DNA of 15,666 bases from Candidatus Iainarchaeum sp. (lineage in GTDB: Archaea; Iainarchaeota; Iainarchaeia; Iainarchaeales; JAZDFD01), in the NCBI GenBank assembly GCA_043808155.1, contig JAZDFD010000015.1, positions 1-15,666 of the forward strand, in the 5' to 3' direction. Shown in pieces: positions 1-9,036 of the stretch; the first letter of the stretch is position 1; each line of letters opens with the position of its first letter. Position numbers and translations under genes: made by a program. Below the pieces are notes generated by a model. The model saw only the letters and a program-made list of their open reading frames with translations. It was not told the DNA's origin and did no database searches.

Positions 1-41
1 AAAACAAATTTATGATTAAAAACAATTCTAACAACAAAATT

Positions 42-800
42 TTAATTTTCTTTTTCTTCATTATTATTTTCTTCGTTTCCATTAACTCTTAAACTGATGA
101 ATATCTCGCCGAAGAATTCTTCCTGCCAGGCATTGATTTTGCCTTTATTCAGGAGAAATAAAACAGGAACAAAAGTATTTACTCTTTCTTCCGAAGTGTT
201 TTTGTCAAGTAATGCTGAAAACATCAGCAAACCCTGAGAATCCATTCTTTCATTGATTTTTGCAAAAATTAAATCTATTTTTTCCTCAAGGTTTTCTTCT
301 GTAAAAGGAAGCTGAAAAACAGGAATTTCTCTGAAGATTCTTTTTGCTTCCTTTGTTTTTGTTTTTTCAATTATTGATTCAATTGAATTAACTAATTCAT
401 CGAGTGAAACTCTTCCTTCTCTTCCGCGCCTTACAGATGTTAAATCAGGAATCATTGCATTCATTCTTGCAATTTCTTCTGGTGAAATTTCAGGTTCTTT
501 TTCCTCAAGAGAAGTAAGTCTGAGAGATTTTGCTTTGAATTTTAGAAGAATTGCAGATGCTAAAATTGCATTTGCAGGTAAGCGCAAATCTGCTTTTTCG
601 AGCTGATTGATTTTTGCAAGGTATTTGTCTGCTAATTCACCAACATCAATAGCCCAAGGATCCATTTTCTCAGATTTAACCAAGTCTAAGAGAATAGACT
701 TCCATGCTGGCTGATCAATAAGATCTACAAGATTCACGTTTTCAGCATAAGTCCCATTTTCAGGGGTGTTCAAATTATTCTCTAAGTTAGTTTTAGGCAT
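42..800 (-). CDS. scpA: Segregation and condensation protein A (SMC kleisin subunit)
   Basis: Motifs MDPWAIDVGELADKYL, ANAILASAILLKFKA, VSLDELV and C-terminal winged helix AWQEEFFGEIFI are typical of archaeal ScpA; 252 aa. Confidence 0.9.
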   Translation of the reverse strand: MPKTNLENNLNTPENGTYAENVNLVDLIDQPAWKSILLDLVKSEKMDPWAIDVGELADKYLAKINQLEKADLRLPANAILASAILLKFKAKSLRLTSLEEKEPEISPEEIARMNAMIPDLTSVRRGREGRVSLDELVNSIESIIEKTKTKEAKRIFREIPVFQLPFTEENLEEKIDLIFAKINERMDSQGLLMFSALLDKNTSEERVNTFVPVLFLLNKGKINAWQEEFFGEIFISLRVNGNEENNNEEKEN

Positions 801-897
801 ATCTAAAAATTAGGTTAAAGGGTGTTTTTAAGGCTTGCTGTACAGGGCGGAGAAGTTAGGCTTTTTAATCAGAAAAACTACATATAACTGTTTAATT

Positions 898-1614
898 ATG
901 GGTTTAGAAAGAACAAAAACAGGTATTGCAGGACTTGATTCAATTCTGGAAGGTGGCTTTCCCAAAAGTAGTTCTGTACTTATTTCAGGGGGGTCAGGCA
1001 CTGGCAAAACAATAATGTGCACACAATACCTCTACAATGGCGCTAAAGATTACAATGAACCCGGTGTTTATGTTACACTTGAAAACAATGTGAAAAATAT
1101 AACATGGAATATGGAAAGTTTCAATTGGGATATTAAAAAATTTCAGGATCAAAATTTGATTAAAATTTATAGATTTAATGTAAGGAATGTTACAACTGGT
1201 CCGAGTGTAGACTCCCGAATGCGTCTGGAATTAGAACATATTTCTAAATTAGTTGAGGAAATTGGTGCTAAAAGATTAGTGGTTGATTCTACAACTTCTC
1301 TTGGATTATGGCTGAGCGGCGGGTCGCTAAGATTGATGCTTTATGAATTCACAGATGCATTAATGGATTTGGGATGCACAACTCTGCTGACAACTGAAAC
1401 CAAGGATAAAAGAAATCAATTTTCTGCTTTTGGTGTGGAAGAATTTATATCTGACGGGATAATCGCATTATATTTCACACCTCCAAATAGAAGCATATTC
1501 ATAAGGAAAATGCGCGGGACAGACCATAGCAAATCAATTCACCCACTTACAATAAATAAAAACGGAATCACTGTAAATTCCAAAGAACAGATACTTTGGG
1601 AATCTCTGGAATAG
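898..1614 (+). CDS. Single-domain KaiC/RAD55-like RecA-superfamily ATPase
   Basis: N-terminal ERTKTGIAGLDSILEGGFP, Walker A GGSGTGKT, Walker B LVVDS, FGVEEFISDGII and RKMRGT. ATG at 898 is preferred to the ORF-track start at 835. Confidence 0.9.
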   Translation: MGLERTKTGIAGLDSILEGGFPKSSSVLISGGSGTGKTIMCTQYLYNGAKDYNEPGVYVTLENNVKNITWNMESFNWDIKKFQDQNLIKIYRFNVRNVTTGPSVDSRMRLELEHISKLVEEIGAKRLVVDSTTSLGLWLSGGSLRLMLYEFTDALMDLGCTTLLTTETKDKRNQFSAFGVEEFISDGIIALYFTPPNRSIFIRKMRGTDHSKSIHPLTINKNGITVNSKEQILWESLE

Positions 1615-1663
1615 GGAGCAAGGTTATTTATTCTTTGAAATAAAGGAGTATGGGTTATTTATT
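1604..1663. repeat. Imperfect tandem duplication (29 and 31 bp) spanning the KaiC-like stop codon
   Basis: CTCTGGAATAGGGAGCAAGGTTATTTATT versus CTTTGAAATAAAGGAGTATGGGTTATTTATT; perfect GGTTATTTATT at 1622 and 1653. Confidence 0.75.
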
Positions 1664-1685
1664 ATTTTAGTTAGTTTAAGTATAC

Positions 1686-2423
1686 ATGGAAATTTCAGAA
1701 GGCAATGAAAAAATCTACAGTGAGAATCTAAACAGCACTTATTATCAGTTTTCAATGGACAGGCTCAAAAAAACAAGGGAGCTTGTAGGGGCTGTGAAAG
1801 GAAAAATGCTTGATGTGGGATGTGGTGACGGACTGTTTACGGCATTATTTAAAAGAAAGGACAGAGAAATATTTGGATTGGACATTGTTGAAAAAAATGT
1901 TTTGCTTGCACAAGAAAAAGGCATTAAAGCAAAAAAATGCGATTTGAATTGCGAGAAATTTCCTTTTGGAGACAAATTATTTGATCTTGTGCTTTGCAGT
2001 GAAGTTATTGAACATATTTATGACACTGAAAAATTTACAAGGGAATTAAACAGAGTTTTAAAGGATGAAGGAAAACTTGTTATTTCAGTTCCGAACATTG
2101 CTTGCTGGTATAACAGAGGAGTTTTAGTTATGGGGCAGTTACCATATTACATAGAATCAGGTTCAACAATAGCTTTTGGTTCGCCATTAGGTGAAGACGT
2201 CACAGGTCATGTTAAAGCATTTACAAAAAAATCTCTTATTGAATTATTGGAATTCAGTGGTTTTAAGATTGATAAGGTAACAGGCAGTAAAATCAATCTT
2301 ACACCACATTGTACAAAAAAAAGGCATTTCGCAGGAAACGGTATATTTAAAGTTCTTGAAGGTTTATTTTGTACTGTACCTTCACTTGCTTCAAATATAA
2401 TAATAAAGGCATCAAAAAAATAA
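1686..2423 (+). CDS. Class I SAM-dependent methyltransferase (Methyltransf_11-like)
   Basis: Motif I LDVGCGDG, FGLDI, FDLVLCSEVIEH, RVLKDEGKLVISVPN. Substrate unknown. Confidence 0.88.
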   Translation: MEISEGNEKIYSENLNSTYYQFSMDRLKKTRELVGAVKGKMLDVGCGDGLFTALFKRKDREIFGLDIVEKNVLLAQEKGIKAKKCDLNCEKFPFGDKLFDLVLCSEVIEHIYDTEKFTRELNRVLKDEGKLVISVPNIACWYNRGVLVMGQLPYYIESGSTIAFGSPLGEDVTGHVKAFTKKSLIELLEFSGFKIDKVTGSKINLTPHCTKKRHFAGNGIFKVLEGLFCTVPSLASNIIIKASKK

Positions 2424-2450
2424 TTGTTAATTCATAAAAAAAGTGGTAAC

Positions 2451-3503
2451 ATGGCTAAGATTTTATTTTCAGTTTGCGGAGTGGGAATGGGCCATGCAAC
2501 ACGAAGCAGTGTACTTATAAGACATTTAATGAAAGATCACAAAGTTGTAATTTCATCATATGGGCCAGCTCATGAATTTCTTAAGAAAGATTTTGGTGAG
2601 GGTCAGAAACTGAAATGGTTTCAGCTTCTTTTTGAAGACAATGGCTACAGAAAAATGAAAACAATGCTTTACAATGCACCGCGCGCACCAAGAGTCATGG
2701 CATCAAATCTTTACAAACTTGCAAAATTTGTAAAAAGTGAAAATCCTGATATTATAATTTCTGATTTTGATGTTAATGCAGTTTATATCGGGGAAATACT
2801 GAAAATTCCGGTTATTACTATTTCTTCAATGCACATAATGGAAAATATAAAAATCAAAATGTCAATGAAAGACAAACTCATGTATTATTCCACTGAACAG
2901 CCTGTGCTTACTGCATTCCGACCGTCAGACCAGATTTTTGTAACATATTATTTCAAACCAGGAGTTAAGGAAAAACGGAAGCAATTCTTCGGTCCATTAG
3001 TCAGAGACAACTTCATAAATTCAAGAACCAGCGATGGTGCGTATCATTTAGTTTACTTCCCTGAGTCTGAACTTGAAAAAATTATCCCTGTTCTGAAAAA
3101 ATTTAAAGATGAACGATTTTTAATTTACGGCACAGATACAAAAAATAAAAAAGGGAATCTTGAGTTTGTTGAAAACAGCCACGACCAATTTTATTATGAT
3201 TTTGCAAACTGCAGTTCAGTTTTTTCACATGGAGGTATAAGCCTTACGTCTGAAGCAATAATGCTGAATAAACCAATCTATACTTTTTCAAACAAAGAGT
3301 TTTATGAACGATACTTTAATGGTTCTATTCTCAGACAGCTTGGCTTCGGGAATATTGAGGAAACGCCTACTGTTTCAGGAATTAAATCATTCATAACAGA
3401 TATTGAAATGTACAAAAAAGAAATAAAAAAAGCAGATCTTCCTGCAGGGAACAGAGAAATGCTGAAAGCTCTGAAAAAACAAATTGAAAAAAAAGCTGAT
3501 TAG
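2451..3503 (+). CDS. GT-B glycosyltransferase, MJ1255/VC2487-like (MurG/GT28-related)
   Basis: N-terminal [32 protein letters not shown] and C-terminal [19 protein letters not shown] at 2451. The stop overlaps the convergent ahcY stop (TTAG, 3500-3503). Confidence 0.82.
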   Translation: MAKILFSVCGVGMGHATRSSVLIRHLMKDHKVVISSYGPAHEFLKKDFGEGQKLKWFQLLFEDNGYRKMKTMLYNAPRAPRVMASNLYKLAKFVKSENPDIIISDFDVNAVYIGEILKIPVITISSMHIMENIKIKMSMKDKLMYYSTEQPVLTAFRPSDQIFVTYYFKPGVKEKRKQFFGPLVRDNFINSRTSDGAYHLVYFPESELEKIIPVLKKFKDERFLIYGTDTKNKKGNLEFVENSHDQFYYDFANCSSVFSHGGISLTSEAIMLNKPIYTFSNKEFYERYFNGSILRQLGFGNIEETPTVSGIKSFITDIEMYKKEIKKADLPAGNREMLKALKKQIEKKAD

Positions 3504-4912
3504 TATCTGTAATGGTCTGGTTTGTAAGGACCGTCTTGTTTTACACCGATATAATCTGCCTGTTCTTTTGTGAGCTTTGTGAGTTTCACACCTAATTTTT
3601 TCAAATGTAATCTTGCAACTTCCTCATCCAAAAGTTTCGGAAGCATATACACTCCAAGTTCAAAATCCTTTTTCCAGAGTTCAATCTGTGCAAGAACTTG
3701 GTTAGAGAATGAATTGCTCATTACAAAACTTGGGTGTCCGGTCGCATTCCCTAAATTAACTAATCTTCCTTTTGAAAGAAGAATTATTGAATGTCCATCA
3801 GGGAAAGTGTATTTATCTACTTGCGGTTTGATGTTAGTTTCTTTTATTCCCGGCATTTTTTCAAGTTTGTTTACCTGAATTTCATTATCAAAATGCCCGA
3901 TGTTACATACAATTGCCATGTCTTTCATTTTTTTCATATGGTCTAATGTTATAATATCACGGTTGCCTGTTGTAGTTACAAAAATGTCACCTTCTGAACA
4001 GGCATCTTCTACTGTTGAGACTTCATAACCTTCCATTGCTGCCTGTAATGCACAGATTGGATCAATTTCTGTTACTATTACACGCGCACCAAATCCTCTC
4101 ATAGATTGTGCACAGCCTTTTCCTACGTCTCCATAACCGCATACAACAACAATTTTACCTGCAACCATTACATCAGTTCCGCGTTTGATTCCATCTGCAA
4201 GAGATTCTCTGCAGCCGTACAAATTATCAAATTTTGATTTAGTAACTGAATCATTTACATTAATTGCAGGGAAAAGTAATTTCTTTTCTTCAAGCATCTG
4301 GTATAATCTGTGTACGCCAGTGGTTGTCTCCTCAGAAACACCTTTAACTTCTTTTGCAACATTTGTCCAGCGTTTTGGATTTTCAGCGTGGATTTTCTTT
4401 AAGATTGCCATTAATTCTCTAAGATCTTCACCTTCGTTTGAATAATCTTTTTCTAAAAGTGCAGGATTTTTTTCAACTTCTAATCCTTTGTGAATCATTA
4501 ATGTTGCGTCTCCGCCATCATCAACAATTAAGTTAGGACCTTTTCCATTTCCAAAGTCTAATGCTTTGGAAGTTTGTACCCAGTATTCTTTCAGTGTTTC
4601 CCCTTTCCATGCAAATACAGGAATACCAATTTTTGCAATTGCTGCTGCTGCATGATCCTGTGTAGAGTAAATATTACATGATGCCCATCTGACACTGGCT
4701 CCCAATTCTGCTAATGTTTCAATAAGCACTGCAGTCTGGATAGTCATGTGCAGAGAACCCATAATACGCGTGCCCTTCAATGGCTTCTCTTTCGCATATT
4801 TATGCCTTATAGACATTAATCCCGGCATTTCTATTTCAGCTAGTTCAATCTCTTTTCGCCCATATTCGGCTAAAGAAAGGTCTTTTACAGTATAATTTTT
4901 AGTTTCATCCAT
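3500..4912 (-). CDS. ahcY: Adenosylhomocysteinase (SAH hydrolase), long bacterial-type form
   Basis: [64 protein letters not shown]-binding [16 protein letters not shown] and C-terminal [12 protein letters not shown] at 4912 has GTGA upstream; 470 aa. Confidence 0.98.
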   Translation of the reverse strand: MDETKNYTVKDLSLAEYGRKEIELAEIEMPGLMSIRHKYAKEKPLKGTRIMGSLHMTIQTAVLIETLAELGASVRWASCNIYSTQDHAAAAIAKIGIPVFAWKGETLKEYWVQTSKALDFGNGKGPNLIVDDGGDATLMIHKGLEVEKNPALLEKDYSNEGEDLRELMAILKKIHAENPKRWTNVAKEVKGVSEETTTGVHRLYQMLEEKKLLFPAINVNDSVTKSKFDNLYGCRESLADGIKRGTDVMVAGKIVVVCGYGDVGKGCAQSMRGFGARVIVTEIDPICALQAAMEGYEVSTVEDACSEGDIFVTTTGNRDIITLDHMKKMKDMAIVCNIGHFDNEIQVNKLEKMPGIKETNIKPQVDKYTFPDGHSIILLSKGRLVNLGNATGHPSFVMSNSFSNQVLAQIELWKKDFELGVYMLPKLLDEEVARLHLKKLGVKLTKLTKEQADYIGVKQDGPYKPDHYRY

Positions 4913-4958
4913 AATATCACAACTCAAAATTTTAACATCAAAAGGGTTTTAAATCTGC

Positions 4959-6410
4959 TCACCACTTTTCAGCATATCTCTCACATAGTTGGAGGTAGTT
5001 TTTGCAGTCAACTAGGAGTTTTTCTTTTTCTGCGCCTGAAGCGAATCCAAATGAGATTGCGGAGACCTTTGCCCTCACGTTAGCCCTGTAGCATTTGTAA
5101 AGATTCATAATTTTTGAGATTTCTGAATCATTGCTTAATTCAATGTATTTTTCAATGAAAATATTTGAAAACTCTTCTTTTTTGTGGAAATCCAAATCCA
5201 TTGCAAGGAATGCAATTTCAGAAGCAACATCAATTCTCGCAAATTCTTCGTTGAATTCAATTGCATCAAAAATATAAATTTTGTCATCAATAAAAATATT
5301 CTTGGAGTACACATCACCATGACAGCGCTTTATTCGTCCATCAGAAATTCGTTCTTCAAAAAGTTCCGAATTCCCATCTATGAATGAATTGCAATTTTCC
5401 AAAACAGAGTCAACAACAGAACCAAGTGAAAGTTCGTTTTCAATAGCATCTCTAAAATTAGCAAGGTCATTAATTGCAGATTTTATTTGTTCAGGTGAAG
5501 AGAAATTTTTAGTGATTGTTTCAGCATTATTATGGAAGTCAGAAAGTGTTTCTGCAATTGACATAAGATTTTGTTCAGTAACTTCATTATTTTCTAAAAG
5601 AATATCCATTTTTTTATCTGCAGGGAGCTGTCTCATTTTCACAGCATATTCTACTGGATTTGAATCTGAGAAAGTAATTTCCGAATTTTCAAATGAAACA
5701 GGAACTACCGCCAAATACAAATCAGGGCAGAGTCTTTTGTTCAGCTCTAATTCTAATTGGCAGAATTTTTTTCTTTTTTCAAGTGTTGAATAATCCAAAA
5801 ATGTGAATTTCACTGGTTTTTTTATTTTGTAAACAAACTTACCTGTGAGGAAAACATTTGAAATATGAGTTTGAATGTATTCGAATCTCTTTGATAACTG
5901 AAATACTATTTCATTTGAGAAAATGTAATCCCTAAGTGTGTTTAACTGCTCATTATTTGAAAGTGCGGTATTTAGTTCCAAGAAATCCCCTTCAAATTTT
6001 TCAAACATTGCTTTTGTTTTTTCATAAACTGAAAAATCAGCTTCTGTTTTTGTTTCTTTTCTTTCGCAAAGATTAATTCTTGTTTTTATAATGTCATCAG
6101 ATGCAGTACATACAATTTTGTGAAAAGATGAGTTGTTTTTTTGTGCAGTTGCGAGTGCTCGGTCTCTTAATTCTTTTTTGTAAAATGTTCCGTCAATGAT
6201 TACAGGTTTTTTTTGGAATAGCAATTCAGAAGTTTTTTCAAACAGCGCATCATAGACCTTTGCTTTTTCCTCTTCAGAATAGGTTCTTTCAGAAAGGAGT
6301 TCTCTTCTGATGATGTCTGTGCTTAAATGCTCAGCATTGAGAATAGGGGCTAATTTTTTTGAAATAAAGGTCTTTCCCGTGGCCTGAAGACCTGCTATTA
6401 GAACTAACAT
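4959..6410 (-). CDS. Fusion of an N-terminal AAA_33/gluconate-kinase-like P-loop kinase (COG0645-like) and a C-terminal aminoglycoside-phosphotransferase-like domain (COG2187-like)
   Basis: N-terminal GLQATGKT, STDIIRREL and IIDGTF. C-terminal QTHIS, YKIKKPVKFTFLDYSTLEKR, ELELNKRL, RCHGDVYSKNI, FDAIEFN, DVASEIAFLAMDL and YRANVRAKV. Confidence 0.85.
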   Translation of the reverse strand: MLVLIAGLQATGKTFISKKLAPILNAEHLSTDIIRRELLSERTYSEEEKAKVYDALFEKTSELLFQKKPVIIDGTFYKKELRDRALATAQKNNSSFHKIVCTASDDIIKTRINLCERKETKTEADFSVYEKTKAMFEKFEGDFLELNTALSNNEQLNTLRDYIFSNEIVFQLSKRFEYIQTHISNVFLTGKFVYKIKKPVKFTFLDYSTLEKRKKFCQLELELNKRLCPDLYLAVVPVSFENSEITFSDSNPVEYAVKMRQLPADKKMDILLENNEVTEQNLMSIAETLSDFHNNAETITKNFSSPEQIKSAINDLANFRDAIENELSLGSVVDSVLENCNSFIDGNSELFEERISDGRIKRCHGDVYSKNIFIDDKIYIFDAIEFNEEFARIDVASEIAFLAMDLDFHKKEEFSNIFIEKYIELSNDSEISKIMNLYKCYRANVRAKVSAISFGFASGAEKEKLLVDCKNYLQLCERYAEKW

Positions 6411-6442
6411 TATTGAAAATTAGATGGAAGTATTTATAACCC

Positions 6443-7087
6443 TTAGAGGGAATCCAAAAAATTTTTAACCCGCAAATATGTTTCTGAAGGGCTACCAGAA
6501 CCGTCAATTTCAACAAACATAACCTTCTTTCTGTAAAATTCTTCAACAGGAGCAGTTTCTTTCCTGTAAATCTTAAGTCTGTGCTCAATTGCTTCCGGAT
6601 TATCGTCTTCGCGTGAATAAAGTTCAGAACCGCACTTATCGCATGTGTTTTCTTTTTCAGGAGGGGAAAAATAAATATTGTAAACAGCATCACACGTCTT
6701 GCATTCTCTTCTTCCGGAAATTCTTTTTTTCGCTGTTTCAGTATCAACCTCTAAATTAATGACTGCTGAAAGAACAATATTGTGTTTTTCAAAAAATGTT
6801 TCAAGCATTTCTGCCTGCTCAACATTACGCGGAAAACCATCAAGAATAAAATTGCCTTTTTTATCAAATTCGTCTTTTATTAAATCCATAACCACATTAT
6901 TCGGAAGCAGATTTCCGTTATTTAAAGATTCTTTATATACTGTGATTTTTGAATTTTTATTTTTGATTTCCCGTCTTATCAGTTCGCCTGCAGAAATATG
7001 CTCCAGTAAATATTCATCCGAAATCATTCCTGCAATCGTTCCTTTTCCCGAACCAGGGGCGCCCATAATAAGAATATTTTCCAGCAT
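6443..7087 (-). CDS. adk: Adenylate kinase, bacterial long type with Zn-binding LID
   Basis: GAPGSGKGT, HISAGELIR, FILDGFPRN, LID CKTC...CDKCG, REDD. ATG at 7087 (MLENIL) with upstream GTGA is preferred to 7108. Confidence 0.93.
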   Translation of the reverse strand: MLENILIMGAPGSGKGTIAGMISDEYLLEHISAGELIRREIKNKNSKITVYKESLNNGNLLPNNVVMDLIKDEFDKKGNFILDGFPRNVEQAEMLETFFEKHNIVLSAVINLEVDTETAKKRISGRRECKTCDAVYNIYFSPPEKENTCDKCGSELYSREDDNPEAIEHRLKIYRKETAPVEEFYRKKVMFVEIDGSGSPSETYLRVKNFLDSL

Positions 7088-7091
7088 AAAA

Positions 7092-7694
7092 TCACAAATC
7101 AATTTCATTTATTTTTTTAATTAAATCTTCTTTTTTTGAATCATCAAAATATCCTTCAATTTTTCCAATTAATTTTCCGTCTTTAAAGAATAGCAAAGCA
7201 GGTAATTCTTTTATACTATACTTTTCAAGGAATTTCTCATCAGCACCCATTTTTCTATATTTCACATTTGACTTTGGAAACAATTCCTTCATCGGAATTG
7301 AATGCAACAAGCACTCAATTGAATCATCATTAAAAAGTTCCACAACTGCAGGTTGGACAGATTGCAAAATTTGTAAATTAAACTGATTAACTGAGATTAA
7401 AAATGCAGGATCAACAGGTTCAGCACCATATTTATCAACAAACAAATCAGAAACTTTTCTTGGGTCTGCTTCAATTTCTTTTTTTATTTTTTCATATTCT
7501 TCATCAGTTTTTGCAACTCGTATTGCACCCACGGGACAAGAAGTTTCGCATTGCCCACACGAAATACATTTAGAATTATCAACTGCAATTGTTCTATTTT
7601 TATCATCCCAATAAAAAGCACTAACCGGACATACATCAATGCCACTGCAATCCTTGGAATTATCACAAATTTTAAAATTTATTAATACCGGCAT
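7092..7694 (-). CDS. 4Fe-4S ferredoxin domain fused to a thioredoxin-like domain
   Basis: CDNSKDCSGIDVCP and canonical CISCGQCETSCP in the N-terminus. The C-terminal AVVELF...YSIKELPALLFFKDGKLIGKIEG resembles a Trx fold. Confidence 0.78.
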   Translation of the reverse strand: MPVLINFKICDNSKDCSGIDVCPVSAFYWDDKNRTIAVDNSKCISCGQCETSCPVGAIRVAKTDEEYEKIKKEIEADPRKVSDLFVDKYGAEPVDPAFLISVNQFNLQILQSVQPAVVELFNDDSIECLLHSIPMKELFPKSNVKYRKMGADEKFLEKYSIKELPALLFFKDGKLIGKIEGYFDDSKKEDLIKKINEIDL

Positions 7695-7698
7695 ATGT

Positions 7699-7887
7699 TC
7701 ACCTGTTTCTTAAAAAATGCTCAATGCTTCTGTCATAAGTTTTTTCTTCTGCTTTTGTGAAGTAACATGCAGGGAGTTCACTTGCTTCTCTGTGGTGTTT
7801 TATGCATTCACAGCAGATGCCTTTTCGTAAACATCCAGGATATGTACAGGGACAATTTTTTGCATTGATTTCTTTTTTGCACTCCAT
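7699..7887 (-). CDS. Small Cys/His-rich protein (DUF6485-like)
   Basis: CPCTYPGCLRKGICCECIKHH...LPACYF...EKTYDRS pattern; tightly packed between neighbouring genes. Confidence 0.75.
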   Translation of the reverse strand: MECKKEINAKNCPCTYPGCLRKGICCECIKHHREASELPACYFTKAEEKTYDRSIEHFLRNR

Positions 7888-7909
7888 TTAATCACTGTGT
7901 AACAAAGAA

Positions 7910-8977
7910 CTAATAAACTTTAATGTCAATAACTACCTGAATTTTGGAGGGTGAGAAACTTCTGACTTGTGCTTTTCGCAGAATTCGGGTGTTTTTTTTC
8001 ATTTTTAAGGCGGTTTCTTTTATGATTTCAAGGGATTTTTTGTATGGTTCGTTTTTATCAACAAATTGATAAAAGTGAATTACTCCGCCTTCTGGTTTGA
8101 GAGCTAAGAAAGCGTCTTTCAGAAAGTGTTCTGCGCCTTTAGGGAGAGGCATTACAACTCTGTCGCATTTTCCCTTCAGATGTTTGGGAACTACTTTTTT
8201 CACATCCCCTTTTAAAATTTCAATTTTAGATTCTACTTTGTTTAATTTTGCATTTGATATCATAAGCTCAACTGCAGAAGGATTTAGTTCGACAGCATAG
8301 GCTTTTTTCATTTTAGATTTTTTTGCAAAAATAATTGGGTAAGGTCCAACACCTGCAAATAATGCACCAATAATTTCATCTTTTTTAATCAGTTTTGAGA
8401 TGCGTATACGCTCAGTGCTTAAACGCGGGGAAAAGAATACTTTGCCTAATTCAATTTCAAAAACAGAACCTGATTCTTTGTAGAATACATTTGAGAGTTT
8501 TTTTCCTGCAAGGAGAGTGACTTTCTGCGTTCTGTATTTTCCGGAATGTGCAGATGAAATTTTACATACTGACTCAATATTTTTATTTATTTCAAGAAGT
8601 GAATTTGCAATGATTTTTTCTTTTTCTTTTAGAGCATCAGGAATTTCAATTATTGCAACATTTCCTAAAACATTAAATGATGTGATTAATGAATCTAATT
8701 CTGTTTTTGTGAGTTTGTTTTCAAGTGAGTCTTTGAGAGACAGGGGTTTCTTTTTCTGAGAGGTGAATTTTTGCTTCAAAATTGAAAGAGATTTGCCTTT
8801 TGCAAGAATTTGCATTCTTTCTTTCAGACTGGGCAGTTTCAGAAGCGGGAAAATTATGTGATTTTCAGAAGTATTGGGCCTTAGAGAGAAATCTATCAGT
8901 TTTATTTCTGTCAGATATTCTTTTAGTTTCTGAGCACGTTTTTTCCTTACTTTTATACCAAATGCTTCATCATTCAA
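7910..8977 (-). CDS. trm5: tRNA (guanine37-N1)-methyltransferase, Trm5/Taw2 (Met-10+) family
   Basis: SFNVLGNVAII, YKESG, VFFSPRLSTERIRI, LFAGVGPYPI, VELNP, DRVVMPLP, GVIHFY. No in-frame ATG at the N-terminus. TTG at 8977 follows AGGTGA (8983-8988, minus strand); TTG at 9004 is the alternative start. Confidence 0.85.
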   Translation of the reverse strand: MNDEAFGIKVRKKRAQKLKEYLTEIKLIDFSLRPNTSENHIIFPLLKLPSLKERMQILAKGKSLSILKQKFTSQKKKPLSLKDSLENKLTKTELDSLITSFNVLGNVAIIEIPDALKEKEKIIANSLLEINKNIESVCKISSAHSGKYRTQKVTLLAGKKLSNVFYKESGSVFEIELGKVFFSPRLSTERIRISKLIKKDEIIGALFAGVGPYPIIFAKKSKMKKAYAVELNPSAVELMISNAKLNKVESKIEILKGDVKKVVPKHLKGKCDRVVMPLPKGAEHFLKDAFLALKPEGGVIHFYQFVDKNEPYKKSLEIIKETALKMKKNTRILRKAQVRSFSPSKIQVVIDIKVY

Positions 8978-9036
8978 TAAAATCACCTTCGTCCTCAAAG
9001 CCAATATATAAAAATAATAAGTAGTTAAAAATATGC

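Noticed and set aside
1-47. Possible fifth period-30 duplication at the scpA stop (1-17 versus 31-47, 13 of 17 identical)
   Set aside because: Low-complexity A/T sequence truncated by the window edge; cannot be distinguished from chance.
4913-4958. SAH or SAM riboswitch upstream of ahcY
   Set aside because: The gap is only 46 bp, AT-rich, and holds just TATA-like and SD-like elements.
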